A stretch of 63,955 nt of DNA, filler included, from Reticulomyxa filosa (GCA_000512085.1; 20 parts of 20 records of this genome joined end to end with filler, not necessarily neighbours in it); one strand, 5' to 3'. Shown: positions 34,222 through 47,267, counted from the first letter of the whole stretch. Notes: a model not told the origin generated them from the letters alone. Program-made: numbers and translations.

Positions 34222-37200
34222 TTAATAGTTTGAATGTTGAGTGTTGTTGCAGCTGCTTTTGTTGTTTTTGTCATCGCGCGAGGAGATAGCAAACGGACGA
34301 TCATGATCGGTAAGAACATCCGAAAGTGCAGGTGTAATACGATTGTCATCACAGATCTGTTGCGCAATTTCGTGAGTCAAGTGATCGGAAGGTACAGGAT
34401 AGTGGTGTTCAAGAGTTGTTGAGGTGGTGTTTGCAGTGCAAAGCGAAGAGGTAATTGCATCGGAGTCGTGGACACTGTCATTGGATACAGATTCTTGTTT
34501 GATATAAACAGATACAGATTGAGGTTCTTCTATCACTTTAATTTTTTTTTTACTATTTTTTGACCCCTTTGGTCTTCCACGTTTGCGTTTGACAACACCT
34601 TGATTGTTGTGATTCGCTCTGGCTTGTCCGGCGTTGTCATTATCCGAACACGGGATCCCATTGGCATCACTACTTTCATTTCCATTTGCAGCTGCATGTG
34701 TGATCCTACCGTTTATATTCATTTCATTTTCCATTAACTCATCGTCCGTCTCACGAAGAGGAGGATCGGGCAACCTGTACTTGACCTGTTCCCACGTCAC
34801 ATTGGTATGCTTTCCGTCAATGTGGCGCTTCAGAGAAGACTTGCGTGTAAAGCGTCGCTTGGTCTCGGGTACTTCTAATGGACAATAGTCACATCGCCAA
34901 AAATGGCTGATAAAATAATCGGAAGAGTGGATGAGCTCATGGATATTGCGATTCGATTTTTGCTTGAAAGACTTTGGACAATATTGACATACGTAGCGCT
35001 CTTCTGTATTCAAAATACCATGTTGCGATCTCTCGTGACGCATGCAATGACACTTTTGTGCAAACCATTGATTACATTCGCTGCATTTGAACTTTTTGTT
35101 ACTGCGATTGCAATATAATGTCAATTCTCCATTGTTGTTGAAATTGTTAACATTATTATTATTATTGTCATTGTTATTGTTATTGACATTATTCATGTTA
35201 GTGGTATTGTTATGGTTAGTATCCATGTTTGCATACCCTCCCATCATCAAACCAAACGATTTTGGTACTTTGGACAATGATCGAGCCAATAATGCATCTG
35301 TGTTCTTGCAATAATTCATTTTGTTCCGCAAGTTGTTAATGGCGGACTTCACTCCGAAAGACGCCAACAGCGACGCTCGGCGGATTTCGACGTGATGTTC
35401 ATGTATTAATTCCTTCTTCTCCACATTCGATTGAACATTCAATGGTTCCAATTGATCTTTGTTTTGCGCTGGTAATTCTTTTTGTTTCTTGTCGTCATTG
35501 TTTTCCACGCAGGGTTTTATTTCTGCAGTTACTGACAGGGATGCAGGTATGGACGCAGATATGGTTGTGAGGGATGAGGACAACGACGCTATCACAGTAT
35601 CCACAGATTTGGAATCGCTGTGTTGTTGATCACAGGTGGTAATTGAAAATGACGGGTCTTGTACGTATAATGGAAAGTGATTTCGCGTGGTGACATTGAC
35701 ATCAAGCGAATCACTTGTACTGGGCTTTGCAACGGAAGCATGACTTTTCGATTCGAACATGTCCAACTCCATTTTTTCACGTGCGCTTGTATCTTCTTTA
35801 CGTGGCCGACCTCTCTTTTTGGCAGTGAACGTTGTCGTGGCATTTGTGGTTGGCACTTGCTTCCCAAATGGACGACTCGTTTTAACATTACTGGCTCTTC
35901 TTTTGCACTGCAATACTTGCTTTTTGTCATTGCCATCGCTGGCGACGTGCTCAAACTCTTTTTTGACCAAGGATTGCACGGAGGAATTGTCAGTCAGCAT
36001 CGAGTCAATGCCGTCTTCAGATAGGCATTTCATTACATTAACCACAGGGACATTGTTCACTCCAAATCGCTGAGCACAAATCTGATCGGCTTTTTCATTC
36101 AATGACCTGTACGCCTCGGCCATTTGATTGACTTGACGTGATTTATAAAAACCACTTGGTGGTGCATATCCTGGGTAAAAGCTTTTATTTGTTCGTGACA
36201 ACAAGTTCTAAACCAAAATATACAAACATACAATACAATAATCGGAGTTGGTTTTTTTTTGTTTGTTTGTTTGTTTTTTTTTCCTCCCTCTTTATCCTTT
36301 TTTTAAATCCAATCATATCAAATATATACATATATTTGTATGTAAATGAACCTCTGATTTGACTCGTACGGCCTTGGAACAACCCTTTTTGTTGACAACT
36401 TTTTGGGATCCTTTTGTGCAAGTTTTTTTTTTTTTTTGGGACGACCCCTTTTTTTCTTGCATTTGTACTCCTCGTTCTTTTGTAATTGACACTCGTTTTG
36501 ACTTAGCTCCTCGCGATTGTCACATTCTCTGTCTCCTTCCTCCTCGCCTTTTTCTTTGTTACTCATACATAAACTTGTCGCACTCTTGCTGTCTTCTGAC
36601 TCACTTTTCAAACTATTTATCAATCGATACAATTTGGAGTTTCCTCTTCTGGTTGTCTCTTCACTGCCTATTTTGGTTTTTGACCAGTTTGTTTTGTGAA
36701 TTGTTATTGTCATTCTTGCTGTTTTTTTTTTTTTAGGTTTTTTTTTAAAGTCGTTGTCGGTGTGTTTGTTTGTTTGTTGTTTGTTGTTTGTTTTTTTTTT
36801 GATTGGTTTGATTGATAGGTTGGTTTGGCTATCCCAACAATGTAACGAGAGCAGTTATATCTCTTGTTTTTCTTTTCTTATTTGGATTTGTCATAAACAA
36901 AAGTAGGTCTTCTTCGGTTCGGTTTGTTTTCTCACAAAGATAACTCACCCACACAAGACAAGCAGGCTTCCTCATATCGCCTTACACTGTGGGGGGTCGT
37001 AGTGATTCTTTGTTATTTATTATTGTTATTATTATTATTATTTAGTATTATTTATTTTGTTTGTTTTTTTTTTTTTTTTTTTTTTTCTTTCTGTAATCAC
37101 CAACTGGGCAATGAGCTAATGAATTGTGTGAGCTGAAACAATAACAACAATTTTTCCCGAACAATCACGTACAAACAACAACAGTCGCGACTTACCTTCG

Positions 37201-37343
37201 TGAAATGGTATTTTCACGTTCACATCCAATATCGAGTCCCACTCGTCCATTTCCATCTCACTTTCATTCACGCTTCGGCCTTGATGTGCTTGCCATGGCT
37301 GGGCATGCGGAATTTCAATCGTCAGCAGTGATGTATCTTCCAA
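34222..37343 (-). CDS. C2H2 zinc-finger / AT-hook transcription factor (large last exon 34222-36204; upstream exons inferred)
   Basis: Three C2H2 fingers (CSEC..H...QH; CQYC..HELIH; CDYC..HIDGKH), AT-hooks KRGRPRK and KRGRPKG, plus KRGRPKK in the 36318-36713 ORF; Asn-rich tract. Confidence 0.85.
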
Positions 37344-37469
37344 GTGTCCGAACAGCGCGTCGTTATTGTTGGCGTCTCTGTGGTGTGCAGTGTGTTTGTT
37401 TCTTTGAGGACATTGTGTAAAGTTGGAAAAGGGGAGGTAAGAGAGGGGATGTCTATTAAAACTGCTAAA

Positions 37470-37510
<41 letters not shown>

Positions 37511-37746
37511 NNNNNNNNNNNNNNNNNNNNNNNNNNNNNNNNNNNNNNNNNNNNTTAATTAATTAANNNNNNNNNNNNNNNNNNNNNNNNNNNNNNNNNN
37601 NNNNNNNNNNGGTAGAAGATTAAAGAAATACAACGGAAGCATTAAAAACAAGCAAGACCTCTGAGAAAAGCTACAGTACGTGTGGAACAGCACATAGTCA
37701 AACAATTTCATCAAAATAAACAAATTAAAAAAACAATCAAATTATA

Positions 37747-38390
37747 CAGTAGTTTGCAAAACAAAAATGGCACCTAAAATGGCATTTTACAAAGATGATT
37801 CATTTTTAACAAAAAGCTAATTTTTCATGGAGAAAATCAAATTGATTTTTTTAAAATTTTTTTTCAAGACTATCAAAGAAGTCAATATGTAATATATATA
37901 TGAATTCTTTAAAACGATGTTCATTTTCACTTACAATGGACATTGGAACTTTAAACATTTTTGTTGGCATATTTGGAAATCTTAACATTTTTCAACACTT
38001 TTTTGTGGAACCTACATCCACTGGTTTTGTTATTGCAAATATTTTGCAGAAAATCTTTGCTTTTGAAAAAAAAAAAATTGTCCAGTTTACTTTAATTGAG
38101 TTTTTGTCAGTATTTTATTGCGTATCCTTTTGTTTATTACTATTTGGTTTTGAATCAATTAGTTTTTGTAAGTATTCAATTTTCAAATTTTTCATTTTGA
38201 TATTTTGTTAAAAATAATTTAATTGTGCTCCATAACTTTTCTATCGGATTGAAAAGTCTGGGAGATTCCATTATAAGTGAAAAATGAATATCATTTTAAA
38301 AAAAATTCACAAAAATAATATTTCTTTGATACTTGAAAAAAAAAAAATTAAGTGAGAAAACTGATTATCATTACAAAGATGTCGATTTAT
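37747..38390 (-). mobile_element. Degenerate Tc1/IS630-type element (transposase C-terminal remnant + terminus)
   Basis: Minus strand SPRLFNPIEKLWSTIK (~38220-38267; consensus SPDLNPIE.LW..IK) and ENLKIEYLQKLIDSKPN...GYAIKY* (~38108-38192); terminus TA|CAGTAGTTTGCAAAA at 37745. Confidence 0.7.
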
Positions 38391-38656
38391 GTGTCAAATT
38401 TTTCATGTATTTGTGCATTGACTTATTTCGATACATGTGCTTTAACTTGCTTTGTTGCATATTTGGTGTTAGAAGTGCTAAATAATAATGATTAGTAAAT
38501 GACAAAGCAATGAGTAGTCAACATTATCACGCTCTCACAGTGCAAGAACTTTAAAAAATATATTTAATTGAATAAAAGGATATTTTTTTTTGAAAGGGGC
38601 AAGAGAAAAAGACACACAAACAAAAGAACTTGTTTAAATTTGTTGTTGGAGGAAAA

Positions 38657-40459
38657 ATGGAGGTTTGGATAGATTTTATTTGGCGTTGTCCAGTTGCAAA
38701 TTGCACAAGTGCAGAGTCGTATTGGCGTCACCCTACTAATGCTTATGCCTGTGATTATTCCGAGCAAAGACCAGATAGCTATTGTATGGAAATCAATAAT
38801 AAAGGTGAACTGAGATGTGGTTCTTGCAAACAAGCTAAACCAATAAACGAATGGTTATTTAAATGTCCAAATCATGGCAATACTTATGAAAAACCTCTTC
38901 TTGGTCCTACTTTTAAGGGCATTGAAAAAGAAATTGAAAACGAGTTGGATAACTGGGAAAAAGAAGAAGAAAAAGAAAAAAAAGAAGAAGAAGAAGAAGA
39001 AGAAGAAGAAGAAGAAGAGAATACAGGAGAAACAAGTAGTGATGATAGTAATGATAGTAGTAGTAATGATAGCAGTAGTAATGATAGTAGTAGTGATGGT
39101 AGTGATAACAATGGCGGAGACAGTAATGGTGGTGGAGGCAATAATGGTGGTGGAGGCAATAATGGCGGCAATCAACGCAAAACTGTCGAAAATTTTGTGA
39201 AAAGTTCAAAAAATCTTAAAAAAACTGAAAACTTATTGGACAAACTCGGTAGATTGACGCCTGAGCACATAACACCTGAAAGCGCTAAGGTATGGACTGT
39301 CATTGGTAATGGCAGCAAAATGCTATGTAACATGGCAAATGGGGCATATCAAGCAAGTAAAGACACGAACTTGTTTCGTCATGATGTCAAAATGGAATTG
39401 GACAAAATGCTGAAATCAACATCCAAAACAGAAAAAGATGAATCAATAGAAAGATTATACCGTATTTCAAATATATTGAAAGAAAAATCGATGAAATCCT
39501 TGGAGAATGTCAATGCATTTGAAGAACAAGCATTGTCTTACACTGCCAATGTGTTATCAGTTGCAGTTGGTGACAAATCTATGTCTACAGCGGTGGGCAA
39601 TGTTCAGAAAGCAAAACAAGAAGAAAAGGAGTTATTAAAGCAGCAACAAGAACATAAAACTGAAACAAGGGAAAAATTAGAGTCACTACAAAAAACATTA
39701 AAACAAGATCAGATTCTATTGGCAGAAGAGATAAAAAAAGAGAAAGAAAAAGAAGTAAAGGAAGAAATATTGTCTGTATCTATCTACGCTTATTGTAGTG
39801 AGCGGGAGGAATCATCTTTGGTGATACATGAGCCGATCAAATACTCAACTCCAAAAATTGTTCAACTTCAAGAAGAGATGAGAAAGACTGTTTATGATAT
39901 AGGACAAACGAATGCAAAAGCTGATATTAAAACCGATATTTTGAATCAGAAAATCACAGCAACGCAAAATCAGATTAAAACAAATAGAGAGATGGTGGCA
40001 AAAGCAGTAAGTGTCACTGGAGTCGAGAAAAAAGGATTAGCAGTATTTTCCAAGATTATGCAGAAAACAATTGATACAACAATATTTAGTTGTTTAGCAA
40101 ACAGAATGTTCTTGAATGAAACACAACAGTTACAACAATCAGTAGAAATGATGCTACAAAGTGACTTACTTGTATCAACAATTTTACGAAATGAAGATTT
40201 GGAGTTTCTAACTCATTATCTCGATGATCCACACGCCTTACTTCAAGATTGTAGCGTGCGACAGGCAATAAAACAAATTGTAAGAAATAAACAATTTGAT
40301 AAAATACCTAGTAGTATTGGAAAAAATATTCAAATTCAAAGACTTAAACAGTTGCGTAAAGATGAAACTTGGGTCAAATTGAGGGATAATAGAAAAAAGA
40401 TCACAGGTCAATTACTGAAGAAAAAATATCAATTTTTATTGGATAAAATGGAGGAGTAA
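38657..40459 (+). CDS. 600-aa intronless orphan: Cys/His-rich N-terminal domain, E/S/G linker, long helical/coiled-coil body
   Basis: Uninterrupted 1.8-kb ORF from ATG 38657; N-terminal CPVANC...WRH...C...CGSC...WLFKCPNH. Confidence 0.85.
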   Translation: MEVWIDFIWRCPVANCTSAESYWRHPTNAYACDYSEQRPDSYCMEINNKGELRCGSCKQAKPINEWLFKCPNHGNTYEKPLLGPTFKGIEKEIENELDNWEKEEEKEKKEEEEEEEEEEEENTGETSSDDSNDSSSNDSSSNDSSSDGSDNNGGDSNGGGGNNGGGGNNGGNQRKTVENFVKSSKNLKKTENLLDKLGRLTPEHITPESAKVWTVIGNGSKMLCNMANGAYQASKDTNLFRHDVKMELDKMLKSTSKTEKDESIERLYRISNILKEKSMKSLENVNAFEEQALSYTANVLSVAVGDKSMSTAVGNVQKAKQEEKELLKQQQEHKTETREKLESLQKTLKQDQILLAEEIKKEKEKEVKEEILSVSIYAYCSEREESSLVIHEPIKYSTPKIVQLQEEMRKTVYDIGQTNAKADIKTDILNQKITATQNQIKTNREMVAKAVSVTGVEKKGLAVFSKIMQKTIDTTIFSCLANRMFLNETQQLQQSVEMMLQSDLLVSTILRNEDLEFLTHYLDDPHALLQDCSVRQAIKQIVRNKQFDKIPSSIGKNIQIQRLKQLRKDETWVKLRDNRKKITGQLLKKKYQFLLDKMEE

Positions 40460-40599
40460 AAAAGAGAGNNNNNNNNNNNNNNNNNNNNNNNNNNNNNNNN
40501 NNNNNNNNNNNNTTAATTAATTAANNNNNNNNNNNNNNNNNNNNNNNNNNNNNNNNNNNNNNNNNNNNTGTAAAAGGCTAAGCCACAAAAATATTACAC

Positions 40600-41064
40600 A
40601 ATACGATAATCAAAAATGTAATTGGCCTGATTTTCAACAGAACGGCTTGATCGTGCACAGCGAACAAAGGATCACAGTTGTTTGTCACAAAGTGGCTTGT
40701 TCCTTCTGCTTTTTTTTTTACGAAGCTCGTCAGCTGCTTTTTGCAGCTCTCTAATTTTGTACAGTCACGAAAAATATTAAAGAAGAATTAATTTAAAATA
40801 AATGGTAACTTTGCTTGTTGTTTGAGATTTTGTATGGTTGCTTGGTTTTGGGAATGGATAGCTTTTGCTTCCTGTTAACGTGCAACCTCGAAAACTTGTC
40901 AGAAAAAAAGAAAAAACGTGTACCTTGATCATCTGTTTAACACTTTCCAATGTTTCTCTTTCCTCTTCTCCCAGCTGCGATGTGTCAATGGAATCGATGT
41001 CATAGTGAGTGTCCGATCCAAATCTGTTTTGTTCTTTTTCCACAATTTTAACAGTTTCTGCCAT
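40600..41064 (-). CDS. Hypothetical protein, 5' exons
   Basis: MAETVKIVEKEQNRFGSDTHYDIDS...KQMIK followed by GTACAC donor; downstream IRELQKAADELRKKK. Confidence 0.45.
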
Positions 41065-41455
41065 AGTATTGTTGAACGCACAAAAAGGAAGGAAAAATTG
41101 CTTTTGCTTTATATTCCGTTTCTCATAATTTCTTTTTCATAAATAATTTTTACAAAAATGCAAATATTTGCCAGCCTATTTGTTAAAAATGTAACAAATG
41201 TTATGTTTTCTTTTTTAACCTTTGCAAAAAGCTTTGAGTTTGAACTAAATGTTTTACTTTATAGAAATCATGAAAAACATAACCTCATAAGGTTGTAATC
41301 GATATACTTTTTGTAAAGATGTATGCTTTGAAAAAAAATTTGAACCAATGTGAATTCTTGATACAATTTTGAGAGAGAGGAGATGATTTTTTGAAACGTG
41401 ACCAAAACAAAAATTTATATTGTAACCAAAAGCAATTACTTGATTAAAGTATAAC

Positions 41456-42134
41456 TTATTTTTGTTGTTGATACTCCATCTTTGACTCAGTGGCATCCAG
41501 GACAAAACTAGTTTTGGGTTTTTTATCATAGCAATGTAATGTGACAGGCTCCCAGTGCTTGGTTGACATAATATCGGCATGTTTTTCGACAGGGACGTTG
41601 GCCAATCGTTTTGTGCGAATGTCCATGACAATATCAACCATTTCCTCGAGCAGGTCTTCCATCATTCGTTTGACGGTGGGCGTCCCGGTTAAAGACAATA
41701 AGGGCTGTCGATTGTACTCGAGAACCCAGGGCTGTCCATATTTGTCAAAGAGTATATCTCCGCCCCAAAATGCAAATTGTCCTGGTCTGTCTAGCTCGAT
41801 CGTCTTTGTGTCGAATTGTTGGGCGACACTGTCCAAAGACATCCCAATAAGGCGTTTCAGCTTTTCGCGAACCAACTCGTCGCACTGTTCCAGTGTCAGC
41901 TGTGTACATATTACGTGACAAATGCAATCAAGCCAATCCCACATTTCCAACACAAATGGACGTATAACACACATACAAATGTATATGTGCATGCACAAAC
42001 CTTGTCGCGATCGTAGTGTTCAAACCACTGGTCTGGAAAGTGCTCTTTGGAATGTTCGTACAGCCAAGACATAAACTCGGGCCAATTGAGAACAATGTCA
42101 TTGCCACCGACGGTGTACTGTTCCAAATCAAACT
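41456..42134 (-). CDS. Tubulin-tyrosine ligase-like (TTL/TTLL) protein, C-terminus (2 exons)
   Basis: FAFWGGDILFDKYGQPWVLEYNRQPLL...MMEDLLEEMVDIV matches the TTL ATP-grasp motif F...G.D...D....PWLLE.N..P.L. Confidence 0.82.
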
Positions 42135-42319
42135 NNNNNNNNNNNNNNNNNNNNNNNNNNNNNNNNNNNNNNNNNNNNTTAATTAATTAANNNNNNNNNN
42201 NNNNNNNNNNNNNNNNNNNNNNNNNNNNNNNNNNTTTTTTTTTTTTTTAAATAATATGTATTGTTCATCAAAAAAAAAGAATTTTGTAAGAAAAAAAGAT
42301 TAGAAGAATTGAAAACAAT

Positions 42320-42350
<31 letters not shown>

Positions 42351-42357
42351 TGCCAAT

Positions 42358-42675
42358 AACTTTAGCCTTCAACTTGAGGGATGAGGCGATGATACTGTTT
42401 TTATTTTTGTTTGGCTTCTGTTGTTTATTCTCATTTGGATCAACTTGTATTGGAATTGTTTGTTTTTGAGGGGCATTTGCAGAAGAAACATTGCTTTTTT
42501 TTATGTTGGGTGGATCAACTACTTTTTTTTTATCACCATTAGTGCTAGTTTTTTCAGTGTAGGGATTATGTGTTTGACGGTTCCAAGGGGTCTTGACTTT
42601 TTTACTCGGTCGTTTCGCCAGCGGACCAAGAACTTGATCAAAATCTATATCGCAGTTGCCATGCTTGTTTGACAA
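42358..42675 (-). CDS. Hypothetical protein exon (basic, low complexity)
   Basis: Open frame DIDFDQVLGPLAKRPSKK...LKLKAK ending at a GT before a poly-T intron. Confidence 0.35.
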
Positions 42676-44099
42676 CCAAAAAACTCAAAAAAAAAATACC
42701 AATGCATACATGATTCGGTATCAGTGAACATTTTTTATTTGGAACTTTTGTTCTGTCCCAGACAAGTCCCTTTCACTGTAGCTTCAGCTACTGCAACATT
42801 TTGTTTTTTTTTGGACACATCTTATTTAAATCTAAAATTTATTTTTTTCGGTGATTACTATGTTAAAAAAGTTTTTCTGATATACAGAAAATTTCGATTT
42901 ATTCACATTCCTGTTTTTTCCGTGGTACATTTCACATGCCTCGAAAAAAAAAAAGTTGGATGTCTTCAAAAAAAATTAGTTTACTTCAAATTGTGGAAAA
43001 AATGTAAATTATTCATTACAAAACATTCTAATCTGACGCCCCTTCCGATTAAAGACACTACAGCGAAAAGAATAGCCGGAACACAAAGTTGCAAAGCGAC
43101 GCTCTTACTTAAATCTCAAAAACAGCAACCAAATGACCTCACATCAAGCAAAATATATCATTTGAAGGGAGGTCTTGAGTGAATGCAGATTTTCTCTAAA
43201 AATTAAGCTCGCAATGTTTCGTCAAATTGGATCATTTCAATCAAGAATTCGTCTGCGTTTCTTGTGTGGACTGCAAAGAGCTTTTACACTATTCGTATCA
43301 TGGACACATAAAAATCAATAAGTTTTTTTTTTGGAAAAAAAAAAGGGGGTTGGGGGGAGGGGTGTACAATAAAAGTAAATCATTAATATAAAAAATAACA
43401 CAAAAAGAATGGCGCTTTAAATCTTTGATATCAATTCTTGAATTTTGACGTTGAAAAATTCGGAAGAGGACATCTAATATGTTTGGCCGTGATATGTAAT
43501 AAAAAGATGAAAAATAATCACAAACAGTCTCTTTTTGTCACCTAAGAATTACATTCATAAAATAACTTGCGTGATTTTGNNNNNNNNNNNNNNNNNNNNN
43601 NNNNNNNNNNNNNNNNNNNNNNNTTAATTAATTAANNNNNNNNNNNNNNNNNNNNNNNNNNNNNNNNNNNNNNNNNNNNAAAAAAATAATTTTGAAGTGA
43701 TTTCCCACAGGAAAAAAAGAAAACAAATTGGATATTGTGTTCCTCTTATCAAAGGTATAAGTATATTTTTTTCTTTAAAAAATTATAAGTATACTTTGTT
43801 GTATATGCATAGATTCCAGTCATCAAAAAGTGCCAGATGTTATATCTTTTTTAAGGGTGGGTTTGGAGAAAAAGGGGGGAAGATTATTAATGGAATGGAA
43901 AAAAAAGTTGAAAAAAAAAAGAAATGGAATAATAAATAAGAAAAAAAAGAAAAGTGAAAAATGAATTAAAAAAAAGAAAAAATGTAGAAGAAAAAAAAAA
44001 GAAGGATCAATAAAAAAAATAAAAATTAAGAAAAAAAAAAAGAGAAAAAGAAAAAAAATTAAAAAAATGGAAAAAAGTATGGAAAAAGAAAAAAAGAAT

Positions 44100-45379
44100 A
44101 TGTATAAGGAAAAAAAAGTCAGTACAATAGAAAGCATCATTGATCTCTTTTGTCACTGCGAGTGTTTTGATATTGAAAAAATCAAAAAGAAGATTGAAAG
44201 GACGAACATTGTACAAACTCGTCACCTCGTGCTGCGGACAAGACGAAGATAACGCGAACAAACAATCAGTCATGCTATCCGCTACTTTGCCAAAAGGACA
44301 AAGTGAACGCCAACACAAACAAGCCATCCCAAAAAAAAGAGTCTTTGGATATTTGATCCGAGTATGAACCAAATGTGAAATGGAATCGGGATCCAAGTCC
44401 AAAGACGGAGTGGTCAACGCGATGATTAGCAGATCGAACGAAGTTTGGACCAAGATTAGCATTGACGAGTATTTCGAACAGCAGATGTTTCATGATCGAT
44501 CCAACCATGGTGGGGAATATTATGCTTTTCAATTGGATCGACCAAAAGGAAAAGAACTACTGTGTGTTCTTCTGAAACGCGAATCAAATGAAATTAGTAA
44601 GGTACTCACTCTATTGTATCAAATGACCATCTATAGTCAGTTCTGTGTTTTTTTGCTTGGAATTGGATTAATTTAGCATATATTGGCCAAATATAAATGT
44701 TGGACGTGCAATCAGACAGCCCATGTTATGTGGATTTTGCGCTTTTTTGGCAAATGCTTGGCTTCAGAATTTGTGGTATTGATTTGAAGAGATGCACCAT
44801 TTTTCTAGTGAATATGAACACATTCAGATATTGATAACAAACAAGCAAAGACAAAGATCGAATAATAACAAGCTTGTCCAATAATGGAATCAATTACAAG
44901 GATACATAACAATGGTCTGGAACTTGCTGTCAAATACAAAATGACAGATTACGAAAGAATTGTGGTACTGGTCAACGGTGCCTTTATCACCTTGTATGGA
45001 TCTCGTATTCTCGTTTCAAAAAAAAACAAAAAATGCGTTGTCGAGACCTGATATTATTGAATTGGATAAGCAGACAAAGCGCATGTGCTTGAGTTTGGAC
45101 TTCGTTATATTGTCTTGGAAGAAACAGAAGTAAATCCCGCAAAGTCCAAAAAAAAAACAACCAAACATATTTATAAATTGCCGATCGTTGGAAAAATTGA
45201 TGTTAATGACGTGAGTTATGGGTATCGACTTGCTGATGACTCCAATAATGCGTCTGCTAGCATATCACAGACGGATCACTCTTTACATGACTATCCTCCA
45301 TCCTTTTCCAATACCATTGCAAACAATGAATCCATTATTCATCAGCTATTCATAATTGTCTTGAAGCCACAATCATTTG
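44100..45379 (+). CDS. Hypothetical protein fragment, multi-exon/interrupted
   Basis: Protein-like ORFs 44380-44600 (ends at GTACTC donor) and 45085-45379; no motif recognised. Confidence 0.35.
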
Positions 45380-45527
45380 NNNNNNNNNNNNNNNNNNNNN
45401 NNNNNNNNNNNNNNNNNNNNNNNTTAATTAATTAANNNNNNNNNNNNNNNNNNNNNNNNNNNNNNNNNNNNNNNNNNNNCCCCCCCTCCTCCTTCTCCTT
45501 AAAAAAAAAAAAAAATGAAATAATTAG

Positions 45528-47267
45528 AGAAACCTTGAAAGGCTTGAAGTATCTTCACAGCAATAATTTAATCCACAGAGATATAAAAGCAAGGAACATC
45601 CTGTTGAACCACAAAGGCCAGTGCAAACTGGCCGACTTTGGGGTGAGCACGCAATTGCAACAGACGATTTCGAAGCGAAACACAGTGATAGGAAGTCCGT
45701 TTTGGATGGCCCCGGAAGTGTTCAAACAAAACACGTATGACCAAAAAGCCGACATTTGGTCGTTGGGAATTACCGTCATTGAAATGGCTGAAGGCAAGCC
45801 ACCGCTGTCAGAATTGCCTCCACTCCGAGTTGGTCTTTTTTATGTGTTTTTTTTTTTTATTTATTTTTTTATTTATTGATTTGGTTTGTATTAAATGAAA
45901 CCCTAACAAATATATATTCTGTTCAATCAATTTTTTTTTTTTTTTTAAATTTTATTTATTAATAAAAAAAAAAAAAAAAAAAAAAGGACATTACTTAAAA
46001 TTCCAACAAATGATCCGCCGACGCTTTATGACAAGGAAAAATGGAGTGATGCATTACACGACTTTTTACGACGATGCCTCGTGTTGAATAGCAGTGAGCG
46101 ATGGAGTGCGAAGGAACTGCTGCAACACAAGTTCATCAAAAGCGCGGGAAAAAGGACCGTGACGGCAGCGCTGGTCGCTAGTGCGATGCCGCTGATCGAA
46201 CAGTTTCACGGACAGAAAAAACCGGCGAAGAGCACTCCTGTGAATCCCTCCAATGGCCATCGCACCAAACCTGCCAAAATTGTTCGCACTGAGGCCAAAA
46301 GTGTGAATGCCACTCCCGTCCCCGGGAACCATGGAGATAAACGCTCCATTGCCACCAGCGGCACAGATGACTGGTCCACCATAGTACGGCATGATCCTGC
46401 TCTTTCTCAACTGAAGAATGCAATTGAAAAGGACGATCCAAATTTGCTCAACAGCTCTGCCACCACTACTCCTATCACCATCCCTACCACTGCTACTCCT
46501 ACTATTGCCACACATAAAAAAACACTGTCGCAAACGCAAACTCCTACGCAAATCCCAACACAAATCCAAAATATCTATCCATCGCGCAAACCTAATTTTG
46601 ATACAAGCAATCCTCATTTCAAATCTTCTCCATATTATTGTTGAGTACAAACAACAAATAAACCATAAAACAAAAAACAAATGAAAATGCAAACATTAAC
46701 AAATTTGACAGTAACTGACGGTGAATCATTAAACTCATGGCAGCTGTTTGATATCAATAAAAATGATAACATTCGATCCAAAGATTGGATTGTGCGAAGT
46801 GTGTTGGAACCTTCGCTTTTGGATGAACTAGTTAATATTTGCTTTGTTCGTTTTTAAGCAATCATCTCATGCTGTCATGTGTGTGTGTGTGTGTTAAACA
46901 ATGCATAAATTATTGTTAGAATATTGAAAATTATTTACCGGAAAATCCAACCCAGCAACAATTAGAGACATTGAAGCAAAAATTAATTAGTGCACACAAA
47001 CGTGATCAAGAAATATTGGAACAGCATTACATCAGTGTTCGGCGTCAAATTCGTGAGAGAATTCAAAATGTCAATTCCAATAGAACAAGGGCACATAAAA
47101 TGAGTATGGATTCCAATGGCACTAGTCCAAAAGTTATTCAATCAAATATTAAATCAGGTCAAGTTAGCACCAAAGCATCCAGATCAAAATCTAATGCAAC
47201 TGATACAACAACCAACCAAATTGAAAAGACAAAAAATGTAAAATCCGATAATCAAAATTTTGTATAA
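45528..47267 (+). CDS. STE20 family MST1/2 (Hippo)-like kinase, 5' partial, 4 exons, SARAH-like C-terminal helix
   Basis: [21 protein letters not shown]...[43 protein letters not shown]...WS...DF...CL....[14 protein letters not shown]; tail [31 protein letters not shown]. Confidence 0.9.

Noticed and set aside
43222-43490. MFRQIGSFQSRIRLRFLCGLQRAFTLF as a mitochondrial presequence exon
   Set aside because: Plausible, but no consistent downstream reading frame before the contig end.
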